64,000 bases of DNA from an uncultured cyanobacterium (GCA_963718615.1 OY970368.1:5408001-5472000); one strand, 5' to 3'. Shown: positions 29,852-39,843, counted from the stretch's first letter. Translations and numbers: made by a program. Notes: generated by a model from the letters alone, not told the origin.

Positions 29852-30610
29852 CTAGGAGAGACGAATAACCTGGGTCTCCACTTGGCCCTGGGGAAACAGC
29901 CGCAGCAGACGAAAGCCAGGACGGGCCTCATCGATTTCGAGGCGCTCGGTTTGGGGCCGAAACTGCATAGAGGTGGACGGCGTGCCGAGATAAAGCACGC
30001 CGTTGCGTTCCTGCTCGAAGGCTTGGTGGATATGGCCATTGAGGACGACTTTGACCTGGGGATGACGATCGACCAAGGCCAAAAAATCTGCGGCATTTTC
30101 CAGACCCATGGCATCCATCCAGGGGGAGTGAATCGGCAACGGAGGGTGGTGCAGGGCAATCAACGTCGGGGTTTGAGCAGAACAATCGAGCTGAGTCTCT
30201 AGCCAGTCGAGCGAATTCTCGGAGAGTCGGCCCTGAACCTGCTGGGGCAGTTGGGTATCGAGCAACAGCATTTGCCAACCGCCGATCCGAATCGATGGGC
30301 TGTGGCTAAAGGGGGGTTGCCCGAGGACGGCGTTGCAGGCGGCGCGGTTTTGATCGTGGTTCCCTGGTAGCCAATAGGTGGGAATTTGCAGGGGCGCGAT
30401 CGCCTCCCACAACAGCCGATAGGATTCGAGGGAATCATCTTGGGAAAGATCGCCGGTCAGTAGCAGCCCGTCTAGGGGCAGTTGGGCTTTGAGGGCCTCA
30501 AGCACCGCAGCGAAACTATGGGCGGTGACACAGCCCAGCATTTGCTGATTGAGATCGGCAAACAGGTGGGTGTCGGTGAGTTGGGCGATCGTCAGGGGAA
30601 AAGACTCCAT
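29852..30610 (-). CDS. cpdA: 3',5'-cyclic-AMP phosphodiesterase
   Basis: 'QLTDTHL', 'TGDLSQD', 'PGNHD', 'LHHPP', 'GHIHQ', 'TPSTSMQF'. Confidence 0.9.
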   Translation of the reverse strand: MESFPLTIAQLTDTHLFADLNQQMLGCVTAHSFAAVLEALKAQLPLDGLLLTGDLSQDDSLESYRLLWEAIAPLQIPTYWLPGNHDQNRAACNAVLGQPPFSHSPSIRIGGWQMLLLDTQLPQQVQGRLSENSLDWLETQLDCSAQTPTLIALHHPPLPIHSPWMDAMGLENAADFLALVDRHPQVKVVLNGHIHQAFEQERNGVLYLGTPSTSMQFRPQTERLEIDEARPGFRLLRLFPQGQVETQVIRLS

Positions 30611-30826
30611 CCCAATATGTTCCCAAATGTTATTTAGAGAAGTTTTACAAAGTTACGAAAATCTTCCCATATTTAAACTTCTGTTCAACTTCTGTCCGAC
30701 CTCGGATTAAGATGAGTTACGGCTCTCAAGGGTTACCCATGCTTCCGCAATTGGAAACCAGTAGCCTGGATTTTGGAGCCTAGAAAACGTTTTTAGCTAA
30801 CGTTTTTTGGAGCTAATCTTGCAACT

Positions 30827-30979
30827 ATGTCTTTTATTGCCCCTTTGGCCATTGTTCTCTGTCTAGTGACTTTCTCAATTCTTTTATTGATTGGTTTAGT
30901 CTCGGTGCCCTGGCCCATGTTGCTGGTCCTGCTGGTCGTCGGCTGGATCGTAACCCAGCGCATCATTCGACTGACTTAG
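30827..30979 (+). CDS. 50-aa two-TM hairpin membrane protein (below ORF-track cutoff)
   Basis: MSFIAPLAIVLCLVTFSILLLIGLVSVPWPMLLVLLVVGWIVTQRIIRLT*. Confidence 0.55.
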   Translation: MSFIAPLAIVLCLVTFSILLLIGLVSVPWPMLLVLLVVGWIVTQRIIRLT

Positions 30980-31391
30980 GGTTCACAGACCTAGAGTTCA
31001 CAGACCCAGAGTTCACAGACCTACTCTTCAGCGAGCGGCTGCCTGCTCCCTTGGTGCCTTCCGGTTGGCCACCACGGGGTTTTTGGGGACGGTTCCAGAA
31101 TTTGGGCGCAGAGGGTGCGGCTTCGGTTATGAGGTTGTCGGTCGTGAGGTCGTCGGTCGCGACACTAGCGGGTAAGGCGGGAGGCAGAGCAGCAGAGGGC
31201 AAAACGGCGGAGTGCTGAGGCAAAAGCGTTTTAAGTTTGGCGATCGCCCAAGCGGTCCAGCCAGAGGCCCAGCGATACCAGCGGTTTTGGCGGGAAGACT
31301 GAGTTCGAGCGGGATGGGGGGCGATCGCAAGTTCAGAAATCGCAAGTTCAGAATCACAGGGCCGATGGGACATGACAGATCCTCCTAGCAT
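30963..31391 (-). CDS. Hypothetical low-complexity protein
   Basis: 142-aa ORF filling the gap before smpB; no family motif; ends in 15-bp tandem repeats. Confidence 0.3.
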   Translation of the reverse strand: MLGGSVMSHRPCDSELAISELAIAPHPARTQSSRQNRWYRWASGWTAWAIAKLKTLLPQHSAVLPSAALPPALPASVATDDLTTDNLITEAAPSAPKFWNRPQKPRGGQPEGTKGAGSRSLKSRSVNSGSVNSRSVNPKSVE

Positions 31392-31594
31392 GCAGGTTCG
31401 TCGGCTAATCTAGAGAGGGAGTTGGCGTCCGTCGATGGGGGTCGGGGGGAGCAACCGGTGGGGAGGGAAGCCCCGTCTTGTTCTCTCGTCTTGTTCTGAG
31501 CTCCTTGCTACGGAATAGGCATAGGGTTGTGTGACCTAGCAACGCCACTCTTGGAAAATTGTTGTTTCCGAAGACCCGTTAATCAGGTGAACCG

Positions 31595-32080
31595 GTGAGT
31601 AAGCAAAATCAGCCCAGCCAACCCAGCGACGGATTTAAAATCGTCAGCGACAATCGCCAAGCCCGCTTCCAGTACCACATTCTGGCGACCTATGAGGCGG
31701 GAATTGTCCTGCAAGGGACGGAGGTCAAATCGATTCGGGAAGGCCGGGTGAATCTGCGGGATGGCTTTGCGCTGTTGCGAGATGGGGAACTCTGGCTGCT
31801 GAATGTCCATGTGTCTCCCCACCCCACTGCGGCTCAGTTTTTTAATCACGATCCCCGCCGCACGCGCAAACTGCTGCTCCATCGCGAGGAGATTCGGCGG
31901 TTGATTGGCAAAGTCGAGCAAAAGGGGCTGACGCTGGTGCCGCTGAAGATGTATCTAAAAAAGGGACTTGTAAAAGTCACCATTGGCCTCGGTCAGGGCA
32001 AAAAGCTCCACGACAAACGGGAGGACCTCAAGAAGAAGCAGGACAACCGCGAAATGGCCCGGATGTTAAAGAATCATTAG
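31595..32080 (+). CDS. smpB: SsrA-binding protein
   Basis: 'NRQARFQY...EAGIVLQGTEVKSIR...NHDPRRTRKLLLH...GKKLHDKR'. Confidence 0.97.
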   Translation: MSKQNQPSQPSDGFKIVSDNRQARFQYHILATYEAGIVLQGTEVKSIREGRVNLRDGFALLRDGELWLLNVHVSPHPTAAQFFNHDPRRTRKLLLHREEIRRLIGKVEQKGLTLVPLKMYLKKGLVKVTIGLGQGKKLHDKREDLKKKQDNREMARMLKNH

Positions 32081-32118
32081 GGTTGCGCCATGGGGATTGC
32101 GCCATTAGGTTTGGATCA

Positions 32119-33288
32119 TTAGGACTGCAAAAATTGGGCGATGCGCTCAACCGCTTCCCGCAGGCGAGGAGGTTCATGGACCAGGGCAAACCGCACGTAG
32201 CCTTCGCCGGATTTGCCAAAACCAATCCCTGGCGACACGGCGACTCCAGTTTCCTCAGCTAACTGAATACAAAACGCCATGGAGCGACTTTGCCAAGGCT
32301 CCGGTAACTGTGCCCAAACATACATCGTCGCCGCAGGGGTGGGGACAAGCCAGCCGATGCGGTGCAAGGCTTCCACAAAGGCATCGCGACGGGCCTTGAA
32401 ATGGAGATTGGTTTCGATGACGCAGTCCTGGGGGCCAGAGAGGGCGGCGATCGCCCCCGCCAAAATCCCCCGATACTGGTTAAAATCCACCACCGCCTTC
32501 ACCTGCCGCAGCGCCTGGATCAATTGAGGATTGCCAATGGCATATCCCACCCGAAACCCACCCATGTTGTAGGACTTGGACATGGAGAAAAACTCGATGC
32601 TGGTGGTTTTCTGGCGATCGGCCTGCAACACCGAGGGCACTTCCACCCCGTCGAACCCCCAATCTGGGTAGGGAAAATCGTGCACTAGCGCCAAATCATA
32701 GGCTTGGCAAAAGGCGACAGCGCGCTCAAAAAAACGCAGGGGGGCGATCGCCGTCGTCGGATTGTGGGGATAGCTCAAAACCATCATCCGGGCGCGATCG
32801 AGGATCGCATCGGGAATGGCTTCCAGCACCGGCAAAAAGTCATTTGCTGCCAGCAGCGGCATCCCGTAGATTTCCCCATTGGCCAGATGAATCCCGCCGG
32901 GATGGGAGGGATAGCAGGGATCCGGCAACAACGCGATATCGCCGGGATTGAGCAACGCCAGGGGCATGTGGGCGGTCCCTTCCTGGGAGCCAATCAGCAG
33001 CAAGACTTCGGTTTCGGGATCCACGGCGAGACCAAACTTGCGCTTGTACCAGGCTGCCGCCGCTTGGCGAAATGCGAGCGTGCCCTGGTGGAGCAGATAG
33101 CCGTGGGTGTTGGGGTCGGGGAGGGCTTGGGCGATCGCCCCCAAGGCATGGTCCGGCGCGGGCAAATCCGACGACCCCAAGGACAGATCAATCACATCCC
33201 GTCCAGCGGCCCGCGCCCGCGCCTTGGCTCGGTCCATGTCAGCAAACACATTGGCCCCGAGGGGCTTGAGGCGATCGGCAAATTTCAT
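32119..33288 (-). CDS. Class I/II aminotransferase (LL-diaminopimelate aminotransferase-like)
   Basis: 'LIGSQEG', 'SYPHNPT', 'SMSKSYNMGGFRVG', 'GEGYVRFAL'. Confidence 0.88.
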   Translation of the reverse strand: MKFADRLKPLGANVFADMDRAKARARAAGRDVIDLSLGSSDLPAPDHALGAIAQALPDPNTHGYLLHQGTLAFRQAAAAWYKRKFGLAVDPETEVLLLIGSQEGTAHMPLALLNPGDIALLPDPCYPSHPGGIHLANGEIYGMPLLAANDFLPVLEAIPDAILDRARMMVLSYPHNPTTAIAPLRFFERAVAFCQAYDLALVHDFPYPDWGFDGVEVPSVLQADRQKTTSIEFFSMSKSYNMGGFRVGYAIGNPQLIQALRQVKAVVDFNQYRGILAGAIAALSGPQDCVIETNLHFKARRDAFVEALHRIGWLVPTPAATMYVWAQLPEPWQSRSMAFCIQLAEETGVAVSPGIGFGKSGEGYVRFALVHEPPRLREAVERIAQFLQS

Positions 33289-33308
33289 GTCAGCAAACCA
33301 GCGGCGCG

Positions 33309-33632
33309 TTACAGGTGGCTATTCAGCAAGGTTTCTAGCTTTTGTTTGCTGATAGCCCCTTCGGTGCGTTCGAGCACTTCCCCGTTTTGCATCAATAACA
33401 ACGTGGGAATTCCTTCGACCTTGTATTTGCTCACGGTTACGGGGTTCGCGTCCACTTCGAGCTTGAAGACCTTGAGGCGATCGCCATAGGTTTCAGCAGC
33501 CCAATCCATCAGCGGCGCAATCAGCCGACAGGGACCACACCAGGGAGCCCAAAAATCTACGAGCACAGCCCCCTCGCGTTGGAGAACTTCGGATTCAAAC
33601 TGACTGTCGTTAATTTCTAATGCTTTGACCAC
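33309..33632 (-). CDS. Thioredoxin (probably x-type)
   Basis: 'VDFWAPWCGPCRL'. Confidence 0.93.
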   Translation of the reverse strand: MVKALEINDSQFESEVLQREGAVLVDFWAPWCGPCRLIAPLMDWAAETYGDRLKVFKLEVDANPVTVSKYKVEGIPTLLLMQNGEVLERTEGAISKQKLETLLNSHL

Positions 33633-34272
33633 GAAAATCCTCCTGAGAAGCAGGCGAGTCTAAGAACCTGCCCCACCACAAAAACAAATTTTTTTTAACC
33701 AGCGCCGTCAGCAACGGCTTTTCTATTCTCGCCTATTGTCTGCCCGCACCCAAGCTCCCGTCAAAAACTTGCTGATTTCAGAACTTGCTGATTTCAGATC
33801 GGCTTGTAGTACATCTGTATTTTAGTGCATTCGCACCAAGTATGGCAATAGCAATCCTGTAGTAATCTCCCAGGAGTGATCGTCCAGGCAAGAGCTCTCA
33901 GAAGCATTCGTCAGCCTTAGCAATAGATGATTCAACTATAGGATAACCCTATCAACTTTGAGGTATTGAGCCGGCAAGCCTTTCGTCTATCTTTCATCCT
34001 TAAAAAAGTTGACTTTTCTCTTTAAAGAATTTATGAAGACTCCCTCCGTCAAGTAGGAGCTGAAGTCAAGGATGATAGTCTACAACTGAATGCAATAGCA
34101 GCTTCTCTCAAATTAAAGATTGTCCGAACGATGGACCAATCAGATAGTCTTGATGCTTCAAGAAATCTGACCCATTGGCTTATCCAAAGTCATTCAATTT
34201 TCACTCGTTTTGGCATCTCCTGAGGCCCGCAGAAGACCAGGCAAAGATCCCTAAAAAATTTTGAGAGAGATT

Positions 34273-34608
34273 ATGAGCACTCATCTTAATTTGTTTGAAG
34301 CTGTTACTGAATTGGAAGAAAGCGCTGTTCAGGGTGGGCAAACTAACTTTTTTGTTAAGACGAATAGCCTGAACGCTAATATTCAGCTCACGGGAACGGG
34401 TGGATTATTTGCCCCTGCCTTTCCCTTTGGTAATTTGATTACTGAAGTTCTTCGAGCAACATTTGGACGAACCGTTTATCTGGCACCGCCAGGAGCCTCG
34501 GCCCCTGCCAATGGCATTGGCTTCTACTTTTCCTATATCAACGATGATCCATACGATATCTTAGGACTCAATGGTAAAATCACTCCTGGATTAACCCCTT
34601 TTGGCTAA
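34273..34608 (+). CDS. Putative double-glycine-leader precursor (bacteriocin/RiPP-like)
   Basis: 22-aa leader MSTHLNLFEAVTELEESAVQGG plus 89-aa Cys-free Gly/Pro/Phe-rich core; purine-rich RBS-like sequence upstream. Confidence 0.65.
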   Translation: MSTHLNLFEAVTELEESAVQGGQTNFFVKTNSLNANIQLTGTGGLFAPAFPFGNLITEVLRATFGRTVYLAPPGASAPANGIGFYFSYINDDPYDILGLNGKITPGLTPFG

Positions 34609-34677
34609 TGCCCGGAGCCAATCTGTAGAGACCGATCTTTAAATATCGCTTGATCGACAATTAAACTTGTCTTGACC

Positions 34678-34720
34678 ATAAGCCAACTGCACTTGTTAAC
34701 AGGGATGCAGCTTGGCTTAT
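34678..34720 (+). terminator. Stem-loop between precursor and radical SAM gene
   Basis: ATAAGCCAA-CTGCA...TGCAG-C-TTGGCTTAT inverted repeat. Confidence 0.55.
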
Positions 34721-35006
34721 CGCGATCTAAGGGTGAATTTTGTTGATTTCAAATCATTGATCAAATTTAAACTTTTACGAAGAACTCGTATTTCTTGAGT
34801 CGCTTGACTATACTCAGATTATTCTATTGATATCGCTAGTTTAAGCAATATCAAGCAACGACTCAAGGGGTTTGCTTGGCGCTACGCATTGCACTGCTAA
34901 GCGTATGAGAATGGGGGCGATCGCCCCTCAAATTGTTATGGTAAATCGAGATGTCTATTGACATATTTCGATTCTATTTTCTTCGTTTTAGGGTGGGATT
35001 TTAAGA

Positions 35007-36074
35007 ATGAAAGTTTTGTATACCGATAGTTTTCTATCCTATGTCAAAAGACATTTGCGAATATCTTTGCCTTTTTTGACCGTTGATAAAATCAAGAACT
35101 CCGTTTTGGCTTTAATCGAAATGCGGTTGGGTCGATTGCAATGCAGATCCTTACCTTTTGTCTATCGGATCGATCCATCCACAGCTTGTAATATTCGTTG
35201 TCCTGGTTGCGAGGCCCATGCTGAGACAACCGATTCCAAGCGATTGCTCGATTTAGAAGATTTCTATCGAATTCTCGACAAGATCAAAAAGTATTGTGTC
35301 CGGGCTTCCTTATACGACTCGGGTGAGCCTTTGCTCAATCGCCACATCTATAAAATGATCCGCTATGCCAGTGACAATCGCATTGCGACTTCCATGAGCA
35401 CGAACTTCAACTTATTTAAAGAAGAGAAGCATCTAGAGGCATTATTTGATAGTCATCTTACGGTCCTTCAGCCAGATCTAGATGGCATCACCCAGGAGAC
35501 CTATGGGTCCTATCGCATTGGCGGTGCTGTGGAAGTTGTTAAAGCAGGAATTGAAGCAGTCGTTCAGCATAAAAAGGCAACCGGCGCTCAGTATCCGATT
35601 GTAGAACCTCAGATTATTATGTTTGAGCATTTAATGCATGAACAGGACGCGATCGAGGACTATCTTAATCAACTAGGCGTTGATAAGATTACTTGGAAAC
35701 GAGACGACTGGGGCTTTAATCCTGCCAAAAATATTCAGGGAGAAGCCGACAAGCCTTCAAAGCGATGTTTTTGGCTATACACGGCTATGATGATTCGGCC
35801 TGATGGGAATGCTTATCCCTGTTGTGGTCGAGGGTTTCATCGACTGGCCTATGGCAATTTGCTAGAGCAGTCTATCGATGATATTTGGAATAATAAGTAC
35901 TATCAATTTTCGCGTAAGCTATTTACGAATGGACCTGATTTGCCCTATGATCCGGAGATGGAACGCATTCCTTGTCATACTTGTACGATGTTCAAGACTC
36001 GGCGGAAAATGCTGGGTTCTCCAGATTTATCCACACTTCTGCTTCAATCAGAACATATTCCTTCAAATGACTGA
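35007..36074 (+). CDS. Radical SAM protein with SPASM/twitch domain
   Basis: 'CNIRCPGC' CxxxCxxC, 'SGEPLL', C-terminal 'CFWL....IRPDGNAYPCC...YGNL.EQSI..IWN...CHTC'. Confidence 0.92.
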   Translation: MKVLYTDSFLSYVKRHLRISLPFLTVDKIKNSVLALIEMRLGRLQCRSLPFVYRIDPSTACNIRCPGCEAHAETTDSKRLLDLEDFYRILDKIKKYCVRASLYDSGEPLLNRHIYKMIRYASDNRIATSMSTNFNLFKEEKHLEALFDSHLTVLQPDLDGITQETYGSYRIGGAVEVVKAGIEAVVQHKKATGAQYPIVEPQIIMFEHLMHEQDAIEDYLNQLGVDKITWKRDDWGFNPAKNIQGEADKPSKRCFWLYTAMMIRPDGNAYPCCGRGFHRLAYGNLLEQSIDDIWNNKYYQFSRKLFTNGPDLPYDPEMERIPCHTCTMFKTRRKMLGSPDLSTLLLQSEHIPSND

Positions 36075-37604
36075 GAAATAGGAAGCATGATCAAGAGCGC
36101 CGGAATCAACCCAACTCACTTTTGCCAGTTCTTTATGTCCGGCAAAGATGCTTGCAAATCCGTTACTTTGCCTAAAGTTCAAGTCGCTGAACTGTAATCC
36201 ATCGGACAAGCCAAAGGTCGTCTGACCCAATTGAAAACCGTTGATAATATCGACTCCGTCACCAACTCTTAAAATAACGATATCTTGACCACCGACTAAA
36301 TAAATTTCATCATCGCCAAGACCTCCGTCAATCATATCTGCATCATTCCCCGTGTAAAAGACATCATCCCCAGCACCACCAACAAAAAAGTCATTGCCAC
36401 CATTAGAAAATAAGCGATCGCGACCCTCTCCACCTTCAAAAACATCATTGCCGTTTCCGCCATATAAATCGTCATTACCGGCTCCGCCTCGGAACGTGTC
36501 ATTGCCACCATTGCCGAAGATAATATCATCACCATTTCCACCTAACAAGATTTCATCTCCGAATGAACCATATAAACTGTCGTTGCCATCACCGCCTCTG
36601 ATCGTATCGTTGCCTCCATTTCCAAAGATGACATCATTGCCCTTTTCACCCTCTAGAAAATCAACTTGGCTGGCACCATGTAGGCGATCGTTACCTGTGC
36701 CACCAAACTGAAGCGTCGAGCCACCCACGCTATAGATTTTGTCATCCCCAGCAAGACCAAAGAGTACACCACTATAAGCGAATAAGTTGTCACTAGCAGA
36801 TGAGCCTACAATATCTGTTGGCCCCGGTGCAGGCTCTACAAGATTCTCCTCCGAAGTACTTGTGGATAAACCATCTGTGACTTTTGTATAACTATGAATG
36901 ACTTCAACAACAGCAATCTGAGTTGCCTGATTAAAAATACGAGAATAGTGGCCTAAGACAACACGAGAGTGGGAATCATAACCGTCATTGCCATCAATAT
37001 TTTTATTTTTTTGATCAACCGTAGCTTTGATGTTTTCGCTATGATTTAGCCACTGTATACTGAGGCGATCGCTAGAATCAAGCCTGCCAATCATATTAAA
37101 GAAGTCAATTACCTCGATTTGCTCAGGATAAGTGATATCCAAAACTACGAAGCTCGTGTTTTGAGCAGCATAAGCATATTCTCGATCAAAACTTTCAATT
37201 TCCTTTGAACTTTGTTCTTCGATAGCATTGAAGTTAAAAGAGAATGATTCATTATCCTGTAGTGCAAAAGTTCCGATCACTTGAGCATTACTTGTAGCGA
37301 TCGCACTATAAGGTCCTTTCTGACCCAGAACACCGCTAAAGGAAAACAAGTTTGAGGAATTAGGATCTTGGAGATAGAGGGCGGAAGCATTGGCGATCGC
37401 ACTAGTGATCCCATCAGTAATCTCACCATTTTGTACCCAAGTCTCGGTTTTCACACTTGTCAGTACTCCACTGGCTGTAGGATCTTCGTAGAGAAGCAGT
37501 AGCTTGCTCGTTGATGCAACAAAGTTAGCAGGCCATTGGACATTAAAATCAGCTTTTAGCGCTGAATCCATTAACAGCATCTCAACAGACTGAAGACTCG
37601 ACAT
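36063..37604 (-). CDS. RTX (hemolysin-type Ca-binding) secreted protein
   Basis: Many GGxGxDxLx nonapeptides; C-terminal 'GVDIINGF...GLQFSDL' T1SS-type tail. Confidence 0.88.
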   Translation of the reverse strand: MSSLQSVEMLLMDSALKADFNVQWPANFVASTSKLLLLYEDPTASGVLTSVKTETWVQNGEITDGITSAIANASALYLQDPNSSNLFSFSGVLGQKGPYSAIATSNAQVIGTFALQDNESFSFNFNAIEEQSSKEIESFDREYAYAAQNTSFVVLDITYPEQIEVIDFFNMIGRLDSSDRLSIQWLNHSENIKATVDQKNKNIDGNDGYDSHSRVVLGHYSRIFNQATQIAVVEVIHSYTKVTDGLSTSTSEENLVEPAPGPTDIVGSSASDNLFAYSGVLFGLAGDDKIYSVGGSTLQFGGTGNDRLHGASQVDFLEGEKGNDVIFGNGGNDTIRGGDGNDSLYGSFGDEILLGGNGDDIIFGNGGNDTFRGGAGNDDLYGGNGNDVFEGGEGRDRLFSNGGNDFFVGGAGDDVFYTGNDADMIDGGLGDDEIYLVGGQDIVILRVGDGVDIINGFQLGQTTFGLSDGLQFSDLNFRQSNGFASIFAGHKELAKVSWVDSGALDHASYFSVI

Positions 37605-37752
37605 AAGCTCTACTCTCCAATTTCAAGGAATATATATTTTTGCGATCAGAAGTGCCAGAGGTGCAAATCAAAGAAGGTTTGAGTTACTCAGGATTTCAAG
37701 ACTCTGGTTTAGACAACACGATACGAATCGTCCTACTAAAAAGAATTCGCAA

Positions 37753-39843
37753 TCAAATCCAAATATTGGTGTTGTCTTGAAAAACGGCAATGCGATCTTT
37801 TTGGCCACTTGAATCAATGAGATAGAGTTCAGTATCTTCAGCAATGGTGCCAATGCCAGTGATAGCTTTAGGCTCCAAACTGTAGTATCCCCCTCCAAGA
37901 ACTGCTGGGGGAATTAATTCCACTTTGTCATCGACCCAATTAAAGTCAGTAATAATAGCATAGCTATTACCATTTCCTATGTAGGAAATGCCCCAGTAAC
38001 CACCCAAGACAAAAGTATCCTCACCAGAACCACCAGTTAAGATATCAATTTGAGGTACACCAGAAGCAGAAGTACCAAAACCATTGAGCTCGTCATCTCC
38101 CGCACCGCCACTCAGTGTATCATTGCCCAATCCACCCATGAGAATGTCATCACCGTCACCCCCCACCGGTACAGAATTGAGATTGGCAAAGTTGCTGACA
38201 GAAACATAAACTGCATCCCGCCCAAAACCAACAATATCGACATCACCATCGCCATCCACATCCGCCAGTTGACGAGGATAGCGATCCTGGCTCAACCAAC
38301 CCAGTGTAAAGTTGATCTTGGAGTTATTACCCAAAGCAATAAAGGAGTCCTCGAACGTTCGATTACCCTTTCCTAGGGAAACTTGCACCCCGTCTTTGCC
38401 AAAACCAACAATATCGATGCGACCATCATTATTCACATCCGCTAGTTGTCGGGGATACTGATTCTGACTTCCCCAGCCCCCATCGTTGACAGTAAAGTTA
38501 TTATACAAACCTGCAAAGACACCGGAGAACGTTCCATCACTTCTTCCCAGAGAGACATATACGAAATCCAGTCCAAAGCCAACAATGTCAGCACGTCCAT
38601 CTCCATTCACATCTGCCAGTTGACGAGGGAGGCGATCCTGAGTCACCCAATCTCCATCATTAACAGTTAGATCAGTATCTAAAGCAATAAAAGCGTCTGA
38701 GAACGTACCATCGGTTTTGCCTAACGAAACATAGATTGCATCATCTCCAAAGCCGACGATGTCAGCGCGACCATCGCCATTGACATCTGCGAGTTGACGA
38801 GGAGATCGATCCTGACTCAACCAACCATTGGTAGCCGTGAAGTTTATAGGAGCGTTGTTATCTAAAGCACGTCCGGCACCGGGGAACGTGCCATCCCCTC
38901 TTCCCAGTGATACATAGACAGCATCGTTCCCAAAACCTACAATATCCAGACGGCCATCACCATTCACATCTGCTAGTTGACGTGGGTAACGATCTTGACT
39001 AGTCCAACCTGCTGCAAAATTGACGATGGCATTGCTGTCTAAGCCAACAAAGGCATTCGAGAACGTACCATCACCCTTCCCCAGAGAGATATACACCGCA
39101 TTATCCCCAAAGCCAACAATGTCGGCACGACCATCTCCATTTACATCTGCCAGTTGACGGGGATAGCGGTCCTGACTCAACCAACCATTGGCGACCGTGA
39201 AATTATCGCTCAGGCCATTGATAAAGCTAGTGAATAACGGTTGAGTGATTGGCGTGATCTGTGGCTGCGCATTAACTGATACTTTCAAGTTGTCCATGGC
39301 CCAGGACTCATCCGCTAGCGCTTGGCCTCCTGGCCCCTCAATTTGGAATGTGAACGTTGCTGTTGATCCGGTGTGAGAAATTCCTCGGAAGCGAGGATCT
39401 GCACCTAAGTTGTAGGCACTATCGGTGTAGAAACTGCCTGGACCACTAAAACCTAAATTCTGGCGGCGTGCGAGTTCAACACCAGCGGAAGGGATATAGC
39501 TTTGCACCTGACTGGGGGTGGCATTCGCAAACGACTCTCGAAAAATCTCGTTACCATCGAGCGTAATCTTAAAAAAGTCACCGGATGGAGATTGACCAGT
39601 ACCATCTAGAGAATCAATCGCAGCGAACAAAAAGTCTAAATCGATTGTTGTGTGATCAGGCAAATTCTGTAGTGTGAGAGTGACAACATTGCCTGTCGCA
39701 CTACGCAGAAATTGGTTGGCAAACTGATTGCCCTGAGGGCCTAAGCCTGAAAACCTTTGAACCCCCGTCAACGAAGCTTGACCTGGGTTGATTTGCACCG
39801 GGATTGATAAATCAAAATCGGAAGAAAAAACTACTTTAGACAT
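37753..39843 (-). CDS. FG-GAP/VCBS repeat lectin-like protein with RTX tail
   Basis: Six repeats 'GW.SQDRYPRQLADVNGDGRADIVGFG..AVY.SLG'; GGxGxD repeats at C-terminus. Confidence 0.88.
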   Translation of the reverse strand: MSKVVFSSDFDLSIPVQINPGQASLTGVQRFSGLGPQGNQFANQFLRSATGNVVTLTLQNLPDHTTIDLDFLFAAIDSLDGTGQSPSGDFFKITLDGNEIFRESFANATPSQVQSYIPSAGVELARRQNLGFSGPGSFYTDSAYNLGADPRFRGISHTGSTATFTFQIEGPGGQALADESWAMDNLKVSVNAQPQITPITQPLFTSFINGLSDNFTVANGWLSQDRYPRQLADVNGDGRADIVGFGDNAVYISLGKGDGTFSNAFVGLDSNAIVNFAAGWTSQDRYPRQLADVNGDGRLDIVGFGNDAVYVSLGRGDGTFPGAGRALDNNAPINFTATNGWLSQDRSPRQLADVNGDGRADIVGFGDDAIYVSLGKTDGTFSDAFIALDTDLTVNDGDWVTQDRLPRQLADVNGDGRADIVGFGLDFVYVSLGRSDGTFSGVFAGLYNNFTVNDGGWGSQNQYPRQLADVNNDGRIDIVGFGKDGVQVSLGKGNRTFEDSFIALGNNSKINFTLGWLSQDRYPRQLADVDGDGDVDIVGFGRDAVYVSVSNFANLNSVPVGGDGDDILMGGLGNDTLSGGAGDDELNGFGTSASGVPQIDILTGGSGEDTFVLGGYWGISYIGNGNSYAIITDFNWVDDKVELIPPAVLGGGYYSLEPKAITGIGTIAEDTELYLIDSSGQKDRIAVFQDNTNIWI

